Positions 32,225 through 43,463 of a stretch of 64,000 bases of DNA are shown here, in pieces. The position numbers and the translations under genes were made by a program. The stretch spans positions 96,001 through 160,000 of the forward strand of contig OZ241865.1 in assembly GCA_965203275.1 (NCBI GenBank), in the 5' to 3' direction. The stretch comes from Bdellovibrionales bacterium (GTDB lineage: Bacteria; Bdellovibrionota; Bdellovibrionia; Bdellovibrionales; JAUICD01). Under the pieces are notes generated by a model. The model was not told where the DNA came from. It made no database searches and saw only the letters and a list, made by a program, of their open reading frames with translations. Within the stretch, counting starts at the first letter, position 1, and the number at the start of each line of letters is the position of its first letter.

Positions 32225-33600
32225 AAAAATATCTCATAGCAAGTCTTTTTTTCTCTCTGACCTCTTGTGCAAGTCTTTCACCGGTCAACAAGCCATTTGT
32301 TATTCGAGATTATCAAGAAGCAACTTTAACAAATGGTTTAAAAGTGCTACTTGTAAAAGACAATAGTTTGCCTTATATTTCGGCTACTTTGATGATTCAT
32401 TCAGGGAGTGTTAGTGATCCGTCTCCGCATTTTGGACTGACTTCTTTTGTCAGTGGCATGCTCGATAGAGGGACCAAAAAATATTCTACAATGGAAATAG
32501 CAGATGCTTTTGGAAGACTTGGTACAAATCTTTCTATTGCGACTGATAGAGAATATACTTTCATTACAAGTAACACTCTTTCAGATCATCAAGTTACATT
32601 GTTTGATTTGTTAGGTGAGGTGATCAGTCAAGCCACTTTTCCTCAAAAAGAAATTAAGCGTTATAAAAGTGAAGTTTTAGCAGCTTTAAAAACTATGGCA
32701 GATAAACCCTCTTCGTATACTCAGAGAATGTACGATGCTTATTTATATGGAGATCATCCTTATGGACGTTTGACTGTTGGTTCTATTAAAAGTGTAGAGA
32801 TGATAACAAGACCTCAAATCTTAAATCATTATTCAAAAGTCTTTCGTCCAAATAATGCCACTTTAGCTGTTGTAGGTGACTTTAAAGAGAACATTATATC
32901 TCTATTAGAAGACTCTTTCAAAGATTGGAAAGAGCAATCAATAGAACCTATAGCTTTTGCCTCTAAGCCAGTGATGAAAAAGCGTCTTGTACGTTTAGTG
33001 ACCAAAGAAGATTTAAAACAAGCAGAGATACGCATTGGACATATTGGAATTAAACGAGATAATCCTGATTTTTTAAAATTAAGGGTTGCTAATACTATTT
33101 TAGGGAGAGGATTTGTGAGTCGATTGATGGATCATATTAGAGATAACTTAGGCTTAACTTATAGTATTTCAAGTGACTTTGATGCTCGTTTAGATTATGG
33201 TCCTTTCACTATTGCAACTTTTACCAACAATCAAACAGTGGCTAAAACTATTGAAGAAACCTTAACTCTTTTAGAAACTTTTCACAAAGAAGGTGTAACA
33301 AAAGAAGAAGTTTCAGTAGCTAAAAAATATCTTTTAGGGGTTTTTCCGCAGGCCATAGATACACCTGAAAAGCTAGCTTTTAATTTATTACTTTTGAGGC
33401 TATATTCTATCCCTGATAGTTATTTAGAAACTTATTCTTCTAAAATTTCTAAGATCACTGTCAAGGACGTCAATCAAGTGATCAAAAAATACATTGATCC
33501 TTATAACTTAAAGATTTTGGTTTATGCTCCTTCTAAGGTCTATGCTCAGGTACAGTTTGTTGGTGAGACTGAAGTTCATCCTCACACAAATTTCAAATAA
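32221..33600 (+). CDS. M16 peptidase, non-catalytic partner subunit (lipoprotein)
   Basis: LTSC lipobox, no HxxEH, SRLM..IRD..GLTY; overlaps the upstream stop. Confidence 0.88.
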   Translation: MKKYLIASLFFSLTSCASLSPVNKPFVIRDYQEATLTNGLKVLLVKDNSLPYISATLMIHSGSVSDPSPHFGLTSFVSGMLDRGTKKYSTMEIADAFGRLGTNLSIATDREYTFITSNTLSDHQVTLFDLLGEVISQATFPQKEIKRYKSEVLAALKTMADKPSSYTQRMYDAYLYGDHPYGRLTVGSIKSVEMITRPQILNHYSKVFRPNNATLAVVGDFKENIISLLEDSFKDWKEQSIEPIAFASKPVMKKRLVRLVTKEDLKQAEIRIGHIGIKRDNPDFLKLRVANTILGRGFVSRLMDHIRDNLGLTYSISSDFDARLDYGPFTIATFTNNQTVAKTIEETLTLLETFHKEGVTKEEVSVAKKYLLGVFPQAIDTPEKLAFNLLLLRLYSIPDSYLETYSSKISKITVKDVNQVIKKYIDPYNLKILVYAPSKVYAQVQFVGETEVHPHTNFK

Positions 33601-33700
33601 AAATTTAAAAGCATCTTTCAAGAACATAGCAAATTAGTTTTCTTATTATTTTTTTTAACTCTCATTGAAAGCTCATCAATTAAAAATCAGGGTACGAATA

Positions 33701-35020
33701 ATGTCTAAAGTGGCTATTTTAGGATCTCCAAATGTAGGTAAGTCCACTCTGTTTAATATCTTAACAGAGACAAGAGATGCCCTTGTGAAAAATCAACCAG
33801 GCGTAACAAGGGATGTGCATATTGGTCAAGTTCAGTGGGAAAATCATAGATTTGAGATTATAGATACAGGGGGCCTGACACAATCTCAAACTGATAGCTT
33901 CTCAAGTTTAATTAAAAATCATATTCAAAAAATCATTCCCTCCGTTAATTGCTTAATTGTAGTGGTGGATGCACACACCAATTTATCTCCTCAAGATCAA
34001 GAGGTTGTTCATTTTGCAAGACAAACAAATAAACCTTTTTTAATTGTGGCTAATAAAGTCGATCGCATTCAAGATTGGCAAAACCTACAAAGTGACTTTT
34101 ATTCATTAGGACAAACTGTTTATCCTGCGGCTTTTGAAAAACATTTAGGTGTTTCAGAAATTTTAGACTGGATCACTTCTCATATTCCTCTTAATGAGGC
34201 TTTTCAACAACCTATTCAGGCTTTAACTCAACCTATTTTAAGCTTGATTGGAAAGCCCAATGTAGGTAAAAGCCATTTATTCAATCACCTTTTAGGTTCT
34301 CAACGTATGCTTGTCACAGATATCCCTGGTACCACAACAGATAGCATCGATAGCCTGATTGAATACAAAGACAAATCTTATACCTTAATTGATACAGCAG
34401 GATTAAGGCGAAAGTCTTACAGAAAACAAGAAGGACTAGAAATCCTAGCTGGATATAAAACAAAACAGGCTATGTATAAAGCAGATATCATTTTACTCTT
34501 AGTAGATGTTCTGGAAGGACTAGGCAAGCAAGAAGCCCAGTTAGTTCAACAAGCTTTAGAAATGCATACACCTGTTATTTTAGTGATCAATAAAACCGAT
34601 TTAGCTCTACCAGAGTTTCGTAAGAATATACAAGAACAAATCAACAAATGTTTTCATTTTTTTACTGATATACCTGTCGTATTTATTAGTGCAGAGACAG
34701 GCGTAGGTTTAGATTCTCTTTTTTTGAAAATAAATACTATTTGGAAAAAGCTTCATTTTCGTATCTCAACTTCTCACCTCAATCACTTTTTCACTCAAGT
34801 GACAAATCAACAACCACCTCCTCTTGTAGGTTCTACTCCTATTAAATTTTACTATTTAACTCAGACCCATCAAGTTCCTCCAAGCTTTATTGCTTTTACA
34901 AATAAATCACAAGGTCTTACGTCCAACTATAAAAAATTCTTAATCAGAAAAATCAAACAAAAGTGGTCTTTATCTGAAATCCCTATTCGCATCTTTCCTC
35001 TTAAAAAAAGCAAGGTCTAG
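33701..35020 (+). CDS. der: Ribosome biogenesis GTPase Der
   Basis: Two G domains (GSPNVGKS/DTGG/NKVD and GKPNVGKS/DTAG/NKTD) plus a KH-like tail. Confidence 0.95.
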   Translation: MSKVAILGSPNVGKSTLFNILTETRDALVKNQPGVTRDVHIGQVQWENHRFEIIDTGGLTQSQTDSFSSLIKNHIQKIIPSVNCLIVVVDAHTNLSPQDQEVVHFARQTNKPFLIVANKVDRIQDWQNLQSDFYSLGQTVYPAAFEKHLGVSEILDWITSHIPLNEAFQQPIQALTQPILSLIGKPNVGKSHLFNHLLGSQRMLVTDIPGTTTDSIDSLIEYKDKSYTLIDTAGLRRKSYRKQEGLEILAGYKTKQAMYKADIILLLVDVLEGLGKQEAQLVQQALEMHTPVILVINKTDLALPEFRKNIQEQINKCFHFFTDIPVVFISAETGVGLDSLFLKINTIWKKLHFRISTSHLNHFFTQVTNQQPPPLVGSTPIKFYYLTQTHQVPPSFIAFTNKSQGLTSNYKKFLIRKIKQKWSLSEIPIRIFPLKKSKV

Positions 35021-35100
35021 TTTATCTTAACTGGATTTTGAATATTCATAGCTTCAAAGTAAAATATCAAAATAAGATATCACAAAAACGGCGTTATAAT

Positions 35101-36834
35101 ATGAATAATGTGCGACCCATCTCAATTAATTTCAAAAGATTTTGCTTATTTATTGGCCTGACTTTTTTATTAGGTCTTTTCATACGTTTTTTAGGTTTAG
35201 ATATGAAGCCTCCTCATTTTGATGAGGGAATCAATTGGTTTTTTACTCAAGCCCTTTTAACAGAGGGTTTTTATAAATATGACCCACACAATTACCATGG
35301 ACCTCTACACTTTTACTTACTAGCTATAGTCGATCAACTTTTAGCACCAGAGGTGTGGAATTACCGGCTTGTGACCTCTTTTTTCTCTGTATTGACTTGT
35401 ATTTGTTTATTTTACACAAGGTCTTTGATGGGGTTCACAGCTGTTTTTGCCACTATTTTTATGTTGATCAGTCCAGCATTTACTTTTTATGCAAGATACG
35501 CCATCCATGAAGCTGAATTTGTATTTTTTCTTGTTTTAATGATTTATGGACTTGTGGCTATGGCCCAGCAAAAAGCACACAGGGGTTTTTGGGCTTTGAT
35601 GATAGGGGTTACAGGTTGTTTTTTAACAAAAGAAACTGTCATTATCCATTTGACTGCTTTTGTTGGTATTTTTGTGCTTTTGTTATTAAAAAAGAATTTA
35701 TTTGTTTTAAAAGTTTGTGAAACTGCTAAAACTTTACCTAAAATTGTTTACATTTCAAGTACTGCTCTGATGCTCTTGACACTTTGCGTGTTTTATACAG
35801 GGTTTTTCCAAAACTTAAATGGCATACGAGATTTTTTCACAGCTTATTTCTTTTGGATCACAGATAAGGATAAAGGACTTGATACCACAGGAGGCCATGC
35901 TAGGCCTTTTTACTTTTTTATTGATCTCTTAAGGCGATATGAATGGCCTATTTTACTAGGATTGATTGCATCTCTTGGATGGATTCTGCCTGTTCATTCA
36001 TGGAGCCGATATTTTCAAAAGATGACAAAAAAAAGCAAAAAAAAGTTATCACGCAAAAAGCCATCTGAAACTTCACTTAAAGACTCTTGTCTTGTGTTTA
36101 TATCTGCTTATGGTCTTTTGGTTTTTTTAGGTTATTCTCTGATACCTTATAAAACACCTTGGTGTTTAATTTCTATGGCATGGCCTTTTTGTTTTTCAGC
36201 AGGCTATTTTGTAGAAAAATATGTTTTTCTTAGCTCTTTACCTTCTTTAACTAGCCAATGGGTGTGGGGCTTTTGGAGAAAGACTCAGAATGTTTCTACT
36301 TCTTTGATTTATTTTTTGTTATTTTTTGTTGTGATCAGTGTTTCCATTTATCAAACGATATCTCTCAATTTGGTCAAATACAGTGATACATTTTCTCATA
36401 AATATGTCTATGTACAGACTAAAAAAGACTATTGGGATTTTATCTTACGTTTGAAAATCTTAGTTCAAAATAATCCTGTAGCTCTTTACAAATATCCTAT
36501 TTTAGTTTTAGCTGAATCTAAGTCTTATTGGCCCTTGCCTTGGGCTTTGTCTCATTTTTCTGTCAGTTACATAGATTTAGGTTTTATAGAAAACAAAGAA
36601 AATATCACTATTGATATTGAAAAATATCCTTTTATGATCATAGAAGGTATTTATTTTGATATTTTTAAGAGACAAATTGAAAAGTTAATTCATCAGCCCA
36701 ATAAAACAAATACTTTTACAGGAGTGACTTATCATTCCTTAGATTTAAACAATGCTATTGCAAAACCTTATGTTTTGGTATTTTCTAATTCTGTTTTTAA
36801 AGATACAAGCTGGTGGAACAAGATTGTTCATTAA
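35101..36834 (+). CDS. GT-C/PMT-like membrane glycosyltransferase (TIGR03663-like)
   Basis: HFDEGIN, YDPHNYHGP, SP...YARY.IHE, TKET, YKTPW, YWPLPW. Confidence 0.75.
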   Translation: MNNVRPISINFKRFCLFIGLTFLLGLFIRFLGLDMKPPHFDEGINWFFTQALLTEGFYKYDPHNYHGPLHFYLLAIVDQLLAPEVWNYRLVTSFFSVLTCICLFYTRSLMGFTAVFATIFMLISPAFTFYARYAIHEAEFVFFLVLMIYGLVAMAQQKAHRGFWALMIGVTGCFLTKETVIIHLTAFVGIFVLLLLKKNLFVLKVCETAKTLPKIVYISSTALMLLTLCVFYTGFFQNLNGIRDFFTAYFFWITDKDKGLDTTGGHARPFYFFIDLLRRYEWPILLGLIASLGWILPVHSWSRYFQKMTKKSKKKLSRKKPSETSLKDSCLVFISAYGLLVFLGYSLIPYKTPWCLISMAWPFCFSAGYFVEKYVFLSSLPSLTSQWVWGFWRKTQNVSTSLIYFLLFFVVISVSIYQTISLNLVKYSDTFSHKYVYVQTKKDYWDFILRLKILVQNNPVALYKYPILVLAESKSYWPLPWALSHFSVSYIDLGFIENKENITIDIEKYPFMIIEGIYFDIFKRQIEKLIHQPNKTNTFTGVTYHSLDLNNAIAKPYVLVFSNSVFKDTSWWNKIVH

Positions 36835-37241
36835 TAAGTATAGCTATGATAAATTTGATTTTTTCTCATCTTATATTGTTTGTCTAAGAGATATTCTTGT
36901 AGATGATGCTGACATTCTGGATATTTTGCTAAGATGGATTCTTTTAAAAAACTCGACCTAGAAAAGTTTCTCCAAATCATACCTTGCTTGCAATAATTCC
37001 TTAAAAAAGTCCTTGCTTGTTGGGGTGAATCCTTAACAAATTTAGATGCTGTTTCAATTAAAAGAATACAATGTTGTGGAAATTGTCCTTGATTCCATTC
37101 TTTATAACACTTTTGGCTATATCCTTTATGACGAGAGATATAGTGCAGTCGAACTTCTAGCTCTTCCACAGAAGATGTATTGATCACGATATTATAAAGA
37201 TGAAATTGAAGAGAAAAAGCTATAATTTGTAAAATGATCAT
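36831..37241 (-). CDS. Hypothetical secreted protein
   Basis: ATGA coupling with the upstream gene, hydrophobic N-terminus, spaced cysteines. Confidence 0.55.
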   Translation of the reverse strand: MIILQIIAFSLQFHLYNIVINTSSVEELEVRLHYISRHKGYSQKCYKEWNQGQFPQHCILLIETASKFVKDSPQQARTFLRNYCKQGMIWRNFSRSSFLKESILAKYPECQHHLQEYLLDKQYKMRKNQIYHSYTY

Positions 37242-37675
37242 AGAAACTCCAATATTTGTGTCAAAACAGGCCCCATTAATAACATTAGGAATGCTGGAAA
37301 TTGCAAACAAAGCAAGGGGATGGTTGATTTTAAAGGTATGCTATCAACAAAAGCTTTCATGTCTGCTATGGCAGCTTGATTGATTTCTTCTTTTAAATTT
37401 TGTAGCTCTTGATAAATACTTTGACCTTTCAACTCAGACCAAAGTAAATCTTTTAAAGCACTTCTATAGATCGTCTTTGATCTCAATGTGGATGGACGTT
37501 TATTTATTAAAAAATTCTGAAGAAGCTCTTGAATTTCATAAGCAAAATGATTTTGATCGGTCGAAGATTTTTCTGCCTTTATGTATTTTTTCAGACCAGT
37601 TTGAACTGATTGTCCTTCAGCTAGAGCTTGTTCAATGTATAAAATGCATTTAAGTGGTGGTGGTATTTCATCCAT
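37238..37675 (-). CDS. TadC-like membrane platform protein
   Basis: K.TIPLLCLQFPAFLMLLMGP C-terminal helix. Confidence 0.6.
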   Translation of the reverse strand: MDEIPPPLKCILYIEQALAEGQSVQTGLKKYIKAEKSSTDQNHFAYEIQELLQNFLINKRPSTLRSKTIYRSALKDLLWSELKGQSIYQELQNLKEEINQAAIADMKAFVDSIPLKSTIPLLCLQFPAFLMLLMGPVLTQILEFL

Positions 37676-37687
37676 TGTCTGTCCTCC

Positions 37688-38437
37688 TTAAATTTTCCAT
37701 TTAAATCTTCTAGGAATATTCATTAGTATATAAGTCCCAAGAACCATAAATGGCAGAGAGAAAAAAAGCCATGATTTGACCACAGGGAACCCGTATGTTT
37801 TTGACATCAAAAGGGCAGTGATGACATAAACTCCAATTAAAATTAAACCTTGTAAGCGAGTTTGAAATGCAGCCTGCATAGATTTATTACGAAAGTCGTT
37901 CCTCATTTTCATTTCATTTCTTAAATGAATGATTTGATTTAAACGATGAGAGGGTGATTGCATAATAGCCTGCAATCTTAAAACAATCTCTCGGTCAAAA
38001 CCTTTCAGTGAGTTAGCTTGTTTTTCATTCCAATATTCAAGCAAGCTGACAATATTACGCATTTTTTTTTGCAGAATAGGTTCACTTTCTTGACAAATAC
38101 TTTGGAAGGCATTTAAAAATGAATGTCCTGATCGCATTTTAAGGACTAAAATATTCAAGATATGACTAAAATGATATCGCATTTTTTGTTCTAAATATAT
38201 TTGGACTAGAGGTTTGAGAGCAAATGAACTGAGACACAGGATTCCAAAGACCCAATAATTAGCGGGAAACTTGAGTTGAAAGATAAAAAATATCAAAATA
38301 CAAGAAGCACCAGCTACATAAAAACTTTTTCTTATATAAAAAGATAGATTTATTAATCCAAATAAACCGAAAATGAGATAAATATTCCGGAATATAGTCA
38401 AAATGCCGAAAAATAAAAATAAAAACTCAAAAATCAT
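37688..38437 (-). CDS. TadB-like (T2SS F family) membrane protein
   Basis: LKMRSGHSF..A, then Q.RLQ..IL and two C-terminal transmembrane helices. Confidence 0.6.
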   Translation of the reverse strand: MIFEFLFLFFGILTIFRNIYLIFGLFGLINLSFYIRKSFYVAGASCILIFFIFQLKFPANYWVFGILCLSSFALKPLVQIYLEQKMRYHFSHILNILVLKMRSGHSFLNAFQSICQESEPILQKKMRNIVSLLEYWNEKQANSLKGFDREIVLRLQAIMQSPSHRLNQIIHLRNEMKMRNDFRNKSMQAAFQTRLQGLILIGVYVITALLMSKTYGFPVVKSWLFFSLPFMVLGTYILMNIPRRFKWKI

Positions 38438-38631
38438 AATATTTACCTTCTTGATATTTATGATTAGCAAAAAAGATGCTAAAAAAAATATTTTTTTGTT
38501 TTTTTTTAAAAAAAATAGTTGACGAAGATTTTGATTATTGTCAATCTATTATTAAAAGGTGCAGTAATTTTTTATAAATTACTTTGTTTAATCATTCACT
38601 TTATCATTTATTTAAAAAAAGAGGAGTTATA

Positions 38632-38847
38632 ATGGCAGCTAAAGCAAGAAAATCAACCAAAAAAGCAGCTAAAAAAAAGGTAACCAGAAAGAAGGCCACA
38701 AAAGCCAAAAAAGGAGGAGCTAAAAAGAAAGTAACTAAAAAGAAGACTAGAAAAAAAGTAACTAAAAAGAAGCCTGCGACTAGAAAAAAGGCTAAAAAAG
38801 CAGGTAAAAAGGTAGCTAAAAAAGCAACTAAGAGAAAACGTCGTTAA
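38632..38847 (+). CDS. Histone H1-like Lys/Ala/Arg-rich DNA-binding protein
   Basis: GAGGAG RBS; repeated KKA/KKVTKK units. Confidence 0.8.
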   Translation: MAAKARKSTKKAAKKKVTRKKATKAKKGGAKKKVTKKKTRKKVTKKKPATRKKAKKAGKKVAKKATKRKRR

Positions 38848-38883
38848 TTGATTTAAGTATTTCTTTACTTAATAAATTGAATC

Positions 38884-38915
38884 AAAAAGCTCTACTCTAT
38901 TGGTAGGGCTTTTTT
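38884..38915 (+). terminator. Intrinsic terminator
   Basis: AAAAAGCTCTAC-loop-GTAGGGCTTTTTT. Confidence 0.75.
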
Positions 38916-39247
38916 GTTTCATTCAAAATAATCCTTGTTTTTAATGGCTGTCTCGTAATGATCGCAACAGATCAAATATGTCTTTTATGTAGGTCATCGT
39001 TAGAAGGTTGAAACATCTTGGTCTTTATATGTTCATATAAGATTTTAAGGAACAAATGAAAATAGTAAAAATCTGTTTGCTTTTTCTTGACTTGATTTCT
39101 TTGTATTATATGGTAGATATGATAAAAAATTCAATCATTGATGAAAATTTCATTGATGAAATTAAAATAAGTTACTTTTTAGACAAAAATTAACTCTAGC
39201 CCCCTTATTAAATATACAAAAACAGATATATAAAAAGGTGATTTAGT

Positions 39248-40303
39248 ATGCCATTGCAAAACCAAGAAAATTCTTGTCATTCTTCTACTACTTCTAAAAA
39301 AGATTATTTACTTTTGTGTTCTAGTGCAGTTGTTTTAGGAGGATGCGTTTTTTATCTTATTGTCCAATGGACCGGATTATCTTTACCACTTTCTTTATAT
39401 ATATTTGCTCATTATGAATATATGTTACTTAAGCAGATGTGGATAGGTATTATGCTAGGGATCATTTCTGTAGGATTACTTAGTTATGTACCTAGGGAAA
39501 TTGTGATGGGTATTTTAGGTCCAGGTCAAAGTGTTAAAGGATTATTAAGAGCTATTGTGGCAGGATTATTTTTAGATGTATGTAGTCATGGTATTTTAAT
39601 GATAGGGATCAAGCTCTATGAAAGAGGTGCAAGTTTAGGTCAGATGATGACCTTTTTGATTGCTAGCCCATGGAATTCTTTTTCTCTATCTCTCATACTC
39701 CTCACATTGATTGGATGGAAATGGACTTTATTGTTTATTTTACTATCTGCTGTGATTGCATTTTTATCAGGAATGGTTTTCGAATGGTTAGTAGTAAAAA
39801 AGATTTTACCTGCTAACCCTTATCAATATCAAATGCCACAACATTTCAATTTAAAATCTGAATTGTGCCAATTATTGCAAAATAAGTCATTTCATTGGGG
39901 CTTTGTATTATCTGTTTTGAAAAAAGGATTGCAAGGAGCCAAAATGATCATTAAGTGGACTTTTGTAGGTATTATAGTGGCTAGTTTGATCAGGGTTTTT
40001 GTTCCTCAAGATATTTTTGCTAGTTATTTTGGAGCTACTTTTTTAGGGTTGTTTTTAACTGTGATCGTTGCCTCTTTGATAGAGGTTTGTTCAGAGGGTT
40101 CTACTCCTATAGCTACAGAATTTATAAAACAAGCACCAGGCAATACATTTGCTTTTTTGATGACAGGTGTTTCCACCGATTACACAGAGATTATGGCTAT
40201 TAGAGAAAATTGCAAGTCTTGGAAAGTTGCTTTCTTTTTACCGCTCATTACTTTACCTCAAGTTTTTGCTCTTTCCCTCTTGATCAATCATTTAAGTGCG
40301 TAA
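39248..40303 (+). CDS. Predicted permease (DUF318/ArsP_1-like)
   Basis: LDVCSHG, FLIASPW and EVCSEGS.P motifs; multiple transmembrane helices. Confidence 0.75.
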   Translation: MPLQNQENSCHSSTTSKKDYLLLCSSAVVLGGCVFYLIVQWTGLSLPLSLYIFAHYEYMLLKQMWIGIMLGIISVGLLSYVPREIVMGILGPGQSVKGLLRAIVAGLFLDVCSHGILMIGIKLYERGASLGQMMTFLIASPWNSFSLSLILLTLIGWKWTLLFILLSAVIAFLSGMVFEWLVVKKILPANPYQYQMPQHFNLKSELCQLLQNKSFHWGFVLSVLKKGLQGAKMIIKWTFVGIIVASLIRVFVPQDIFASYFGATFLGLFLTVIVASLIEVCSEGSTPIATEFIKQAPGNTFAFLMTGVSTDYTEIMAIRENCKSWKVAFFLPLITLPQVFALSLLINHLSA

Positions 40304-40728
40304 TCTTTTTGTTGTATTATTTCCTTTTGAATGCTATCAAGAACTCCATTAATAAATCGGCTAGAATCAAGTGTGGAATACTCTTTTGCAATTTCAATTG
40401 TTTCATTGATCACCACAGAAGGGTCAATATGAAGATACTTGATTTCGTAAGTACCTATTCTGAGTATAACTTTATCTACACTCACCATACGTTCTAAAGT
40501 CCAACTTGTGGTATGTGCAGAAATCATTTGATCAATGGTAGCTTGATGAGAGAGGACTCCTTTGACAAGACTTTGAGCATAATTGAGGATCTCAGCGGAT
40601 AAATTGGTTTGATCTTTATAAATGGCTTCTTCTTTATTGATAGATTTTGGAACTTGAAATTCATAAGGAAAAAGCATTTTCAAGGCTAACTGCCTGGCCC
40701 TTCTTCTGCGATATATTTTTTGATTCAT
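40288..40728 (-). CDS. nusB: Transcription antitermination factor NusB
   Basis: RRRARQLAL, W.LERM..VDK.ILR, INETIEIAKEY, FINGVLD. Confidence 0.95.
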   Translation of the reverse strand: MNQKIYRRRRARQLALKMLFPYEFQVPKSINKEEAIYKDQTNLSAEILNYAQSLVKGVLSHQATIDQMISAHTTSWTLERMVSVDKVILRIGTYEIKYLHIDPSVVINETIEIAKEYSTLDSSRFINGVLDSIQKEIIQQKDYALK

Positions 40729-40805
40729 AAAGGCTCCATATCACTCTAACTGCTTTACATTTAATTATTTTTGTGTTGAGTTGTCATCTGTCTTTGAAAT
40801 AAAAG

Positions 40806-41621
40806 TTAAAGGGTCTTAAAAAAGGGAAAGAACAAAACAAGGATATAATCTACAAACCATTGATCTCCACCAAAGATATAAATTGCACTTGATAAAGCTA
40901 AAAAAGGACCATAAGGAATCCCTGTCTTCAAACCTTGTTTAGTCGATCCCATCAAAAAAAAACCTGCAAAAATGCCGAACATACTAGATACAAGAATAAC
41001 AAAAGGAATACTTTTAATACCTAAGACTGTTCCGATCCATGCTAATAATTTAATATCACCACCACCTAAGCCTTCTATTTTACGTAAAGAATAATAAACA
41101 GAAGCCATAGCCCAAAAAAATCCACCACCTACAATTAATCCTACAAAACTATCTAAAAACGAACGTTCTGGATTCAAAGCTGCCCCTAAAAGCCCTAACA
41201 CAATACCTGTTAAACTTAAAATATCAGGGATCAAAAAGTACTTCAAATCAATAACTGTGATAGCTGTCAATCCAAATAAAAGGAAGGCATATTCTGCTAA
41301 AGTCCATTTTAAACCAATATGCCAATATAGAGATAAGAAAAGCAAAGCCATGAATATTTCTATTAAAAAGTAGTCAAAACCAATTTTATACTCACAGGAT
41401 CGGCATCGTCCTTTTAAAAACAACCAAGAGATCAATGGGATATTATCATATCCAGCAATGTATGTTTGACAATGAGGGCATTGGCTCCAACAAAAGAGAA
41501 AAGGCTTTCCGGCAGGCCATCTTAGAATAATAGTATAAGCAAAGCTACCCATGTATGCCCCAAGGACAAATATAATGTATGGAGATGCTATCTCCATAAA
41601 TGCAAGGGCATCTTCAAGCAA
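40806..41621 (-). CDS. pilD: Prepilin peptidase
   Basis: SQCPHC, NIPLISW..LKGRCRSC, IDLKY..IPD, GGGDIKL, IPYGPFL. Confidence 0.92.
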   Translation of the reverse strand: MLEDALAFMEIASPYIIFVLGAYMGSFAYTIILRWPAGKPFLFCWSQCPHCQTYIAGYDNIPLISWLFLKGRCRSCEYKIGFDYFLIEIFMALLFLSLYWHIGLKWTLAEYAFLLFGLTAITVIDLKYFLIPDILSLTGIVLGLLGAALNPERSFLDSFVGLIVGGGFFWAMASVYYSLRKIEGLGGGDIKLLAWIGTVLGIKSIPFVILVSSMFGIFAGFFLMGSTKQGLKTGIPYGPFLALSSAIYIFGGDQWFVDYILVLFFPFFKTL

Positions 41622-42384
41622 GGTCTTTTCTCCTAAAAATTAAATGGGCAATAGCTTGTAAAACAAATATCCAACTTATGGCATAGAAAAAAGTATAAGT
41701 TAAAAGTGTTGTATCTATAATGAAAGTTTCTTGAAATATAACTGACTTCCAATCCCACCTCTCAAAATTAGGAATAATATAAGGTAGCACATTTGTTAAA
41801 AGTTTTAATATTTCATTGTCACTTCTGTTTAAAAAATACTCTAATGTGGAAGTCCATTTACCTATTAAAAGCACACCTATTGTCAAAGGTACTGTTAGGG
41901 TAGGTCTGACGATGACTCCTAATAAAATAGTGATAGAGATCAAAACAGCAGCTTCTAAAGCAAAACCATAAATGACTGCTAGAAATATGCTATCAAATGT
42001 CCATTCCATATAAAGTAGTATACCTATCAAAATAAGAGATAAAAAGAAAAGTGCAGAGAATACCACAGCATATAATCCTAAAAACTTTCCCATCAAGAAA
42101 GACCCTCTAGTGATAGGACGAATCAGTAATGTAAATACTGTTTGCTTTTCAATTTCTCTGAAGATAATTGTAGAGCCTAAAAAAATGGAGAGGATTATGA
42201 TACTTAGCTCTAAGCCTGCTAAGCCTAAACTCAAAGCAATTCTTGTGTGATCTATATAAGTCAGTTGTGATAAAAGAAATCCTGAGACCAAAAACAAAAC
42301 TGAAACAATAAAAATACTATAAATAATACGATCTCTGATAAACTCACGAAAAGTATTGATAGCAATAGTGATTATAGATCCCAT
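41614..42384 (-). CDS. ABC transporter permease (PilI-like)
   Basis: IAINTFRE.IRDR, REIEKQT..TLL.RPI.R..F.MGKFLG, FRRKDL. Confidence 0.8.
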   Translation of the reverse strand: MGSIITIAINTFREFIRDRIIYSIFIVSVLFLVSGFLLSQLTYIDHTRIALSLGLAGLELSIIILSIFLGSTIIFREIEKQTVFTLLIRPITRGSFLMGKFLGLYAVVFSALFFLSLILIGILLYMEWTFDSIFLAVIYGFALEAAVLISITILLGVIVRPTLTVPLTIGVLLIGKWTSTLEYFLNRSDNEILKLLTNVLPYIIPNFERWDWKSVIFQETFIIDTTLLTYTFFYAISWIFVLQAIAHLIFRRKDLA

Positions 42385-42394
42385 TTATTAACCT

Positions 42395-43300
42395 CTATTT
42401 TTTCTTATCTCTTAAAAATAACTTTAAAAAAGCTTCTTCTAAGCTGACTTTTTTAGGTGTGACATATAAGATGTCTGCTTTTGCTTTAAGCTGTGTTTGG
42501 AGCAAATGATGTAAATCTTTTTGAGACTTAACTGCGAGGGTTTCAATCTTACTGTCTTTATTAGCAGGCTTAACTTGCACTTCATAACCAGAACCTAGAT
42601 TTTTCAAAAGGTTTTCCATAGAGCCTTGGTAGGCAACAAGTCCTTTATTGAGGATGACAAGGTTTTCACATAAATTTTCTACATCATGTAGAAGGTGGCT
42701 ACTAAAAAATACAGTTTTATTCTTAGCAGCTGACTTGATCAGGTTACGAATCATAGCTCGCCCATCGGGGTCTAAACCTGCCATAGGTTCGTCTAATACA
42801 ATTAATTGTGGTTGATGTAAAATGGCTTGTGCAAAACCTATACGTTGCAACATTCCTTTAGAATAAGACCTAAGGGAAATATTTTGAGCGTGTTCTAAAT
42901 TGACTTGTTTAAGGATGTGGTCAATAGCTTGATTGAGGTGACCTAATTTGTTATTCCAGCTAAGTTTACCATAGAATTTTAAGAACTCTCGACCTGTAAG
43001 GTATTCATAAAAGTAGGGTCTTTCTGGCAAAAAGCCAATTTTTTTTCTATTTTCAATAGTTAGGGGGCCTTGTCCAAAAAAAGAGTAAGAACCAGAAGTG
43101 GGTTGAATAAGGTCAAATAAACATTTAAGGGTTGTGGTTTTCCCTACTCCATTAGCACCTAAAAATCCTGTAACTTTCCCCTTTTCTACATGAAAGTTAA
43201 GCCCCTTTAAAACTTCTATTTTCTTTTCTCGTAAAGCACGAGGTAAGAAGTAAGGGAGTGGAAATGACTTTTTTAAATTAGTGACTGATATAATCTTCAC
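42395..43300 (-). CDS. ABC transporter ATP-binding protein (PilH-like)
   Basis: GANGVGKTT, GFLPERPYFY, YSKGMLQRIG, LDEPMAGLDP. Confidence 0.88.
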   Translation of the reverse strand: MKIISVTNLKKSFPLPYFLPRALREKKIEVLKGLNFHVEKGKVTGFLGANGVGKTTTLKCLFDLIQPTSGSYSFFGQGPLTIENRKKIGFLPERPYFYEYLTGREFLKFYGKLSWNNKLGHLNQAIDHILKQVNLEHAQNISLRSYSKGMLQRIGFAQAILHQPQLIVLDEPMAGLDPDGRAMIRNLIKSAAKNKTVFFSSHLLHDVENLCENLVILNKGLVAYQGSMENLLKNLGSGYEVQVKPANKDSKIETLAVKSQKDLHHLLQTQLKAKADILYVTPKKVSLEEAFLKLFLRDKKK

Positions 43301-43463
43301 AAATCCTCCAAAATCTTTTATTTCCGTATTTTAATTTTAAACCTTCTATTAATTATTTTAAAAACAAATAATAAAAAAATGCAAATATTTTTTTAGATAT
43401 TGTGACAAATTATTGAAGTTTTTATATTTTAGCATTTTACGTGATTTTTCTTAAGGTGGTGTG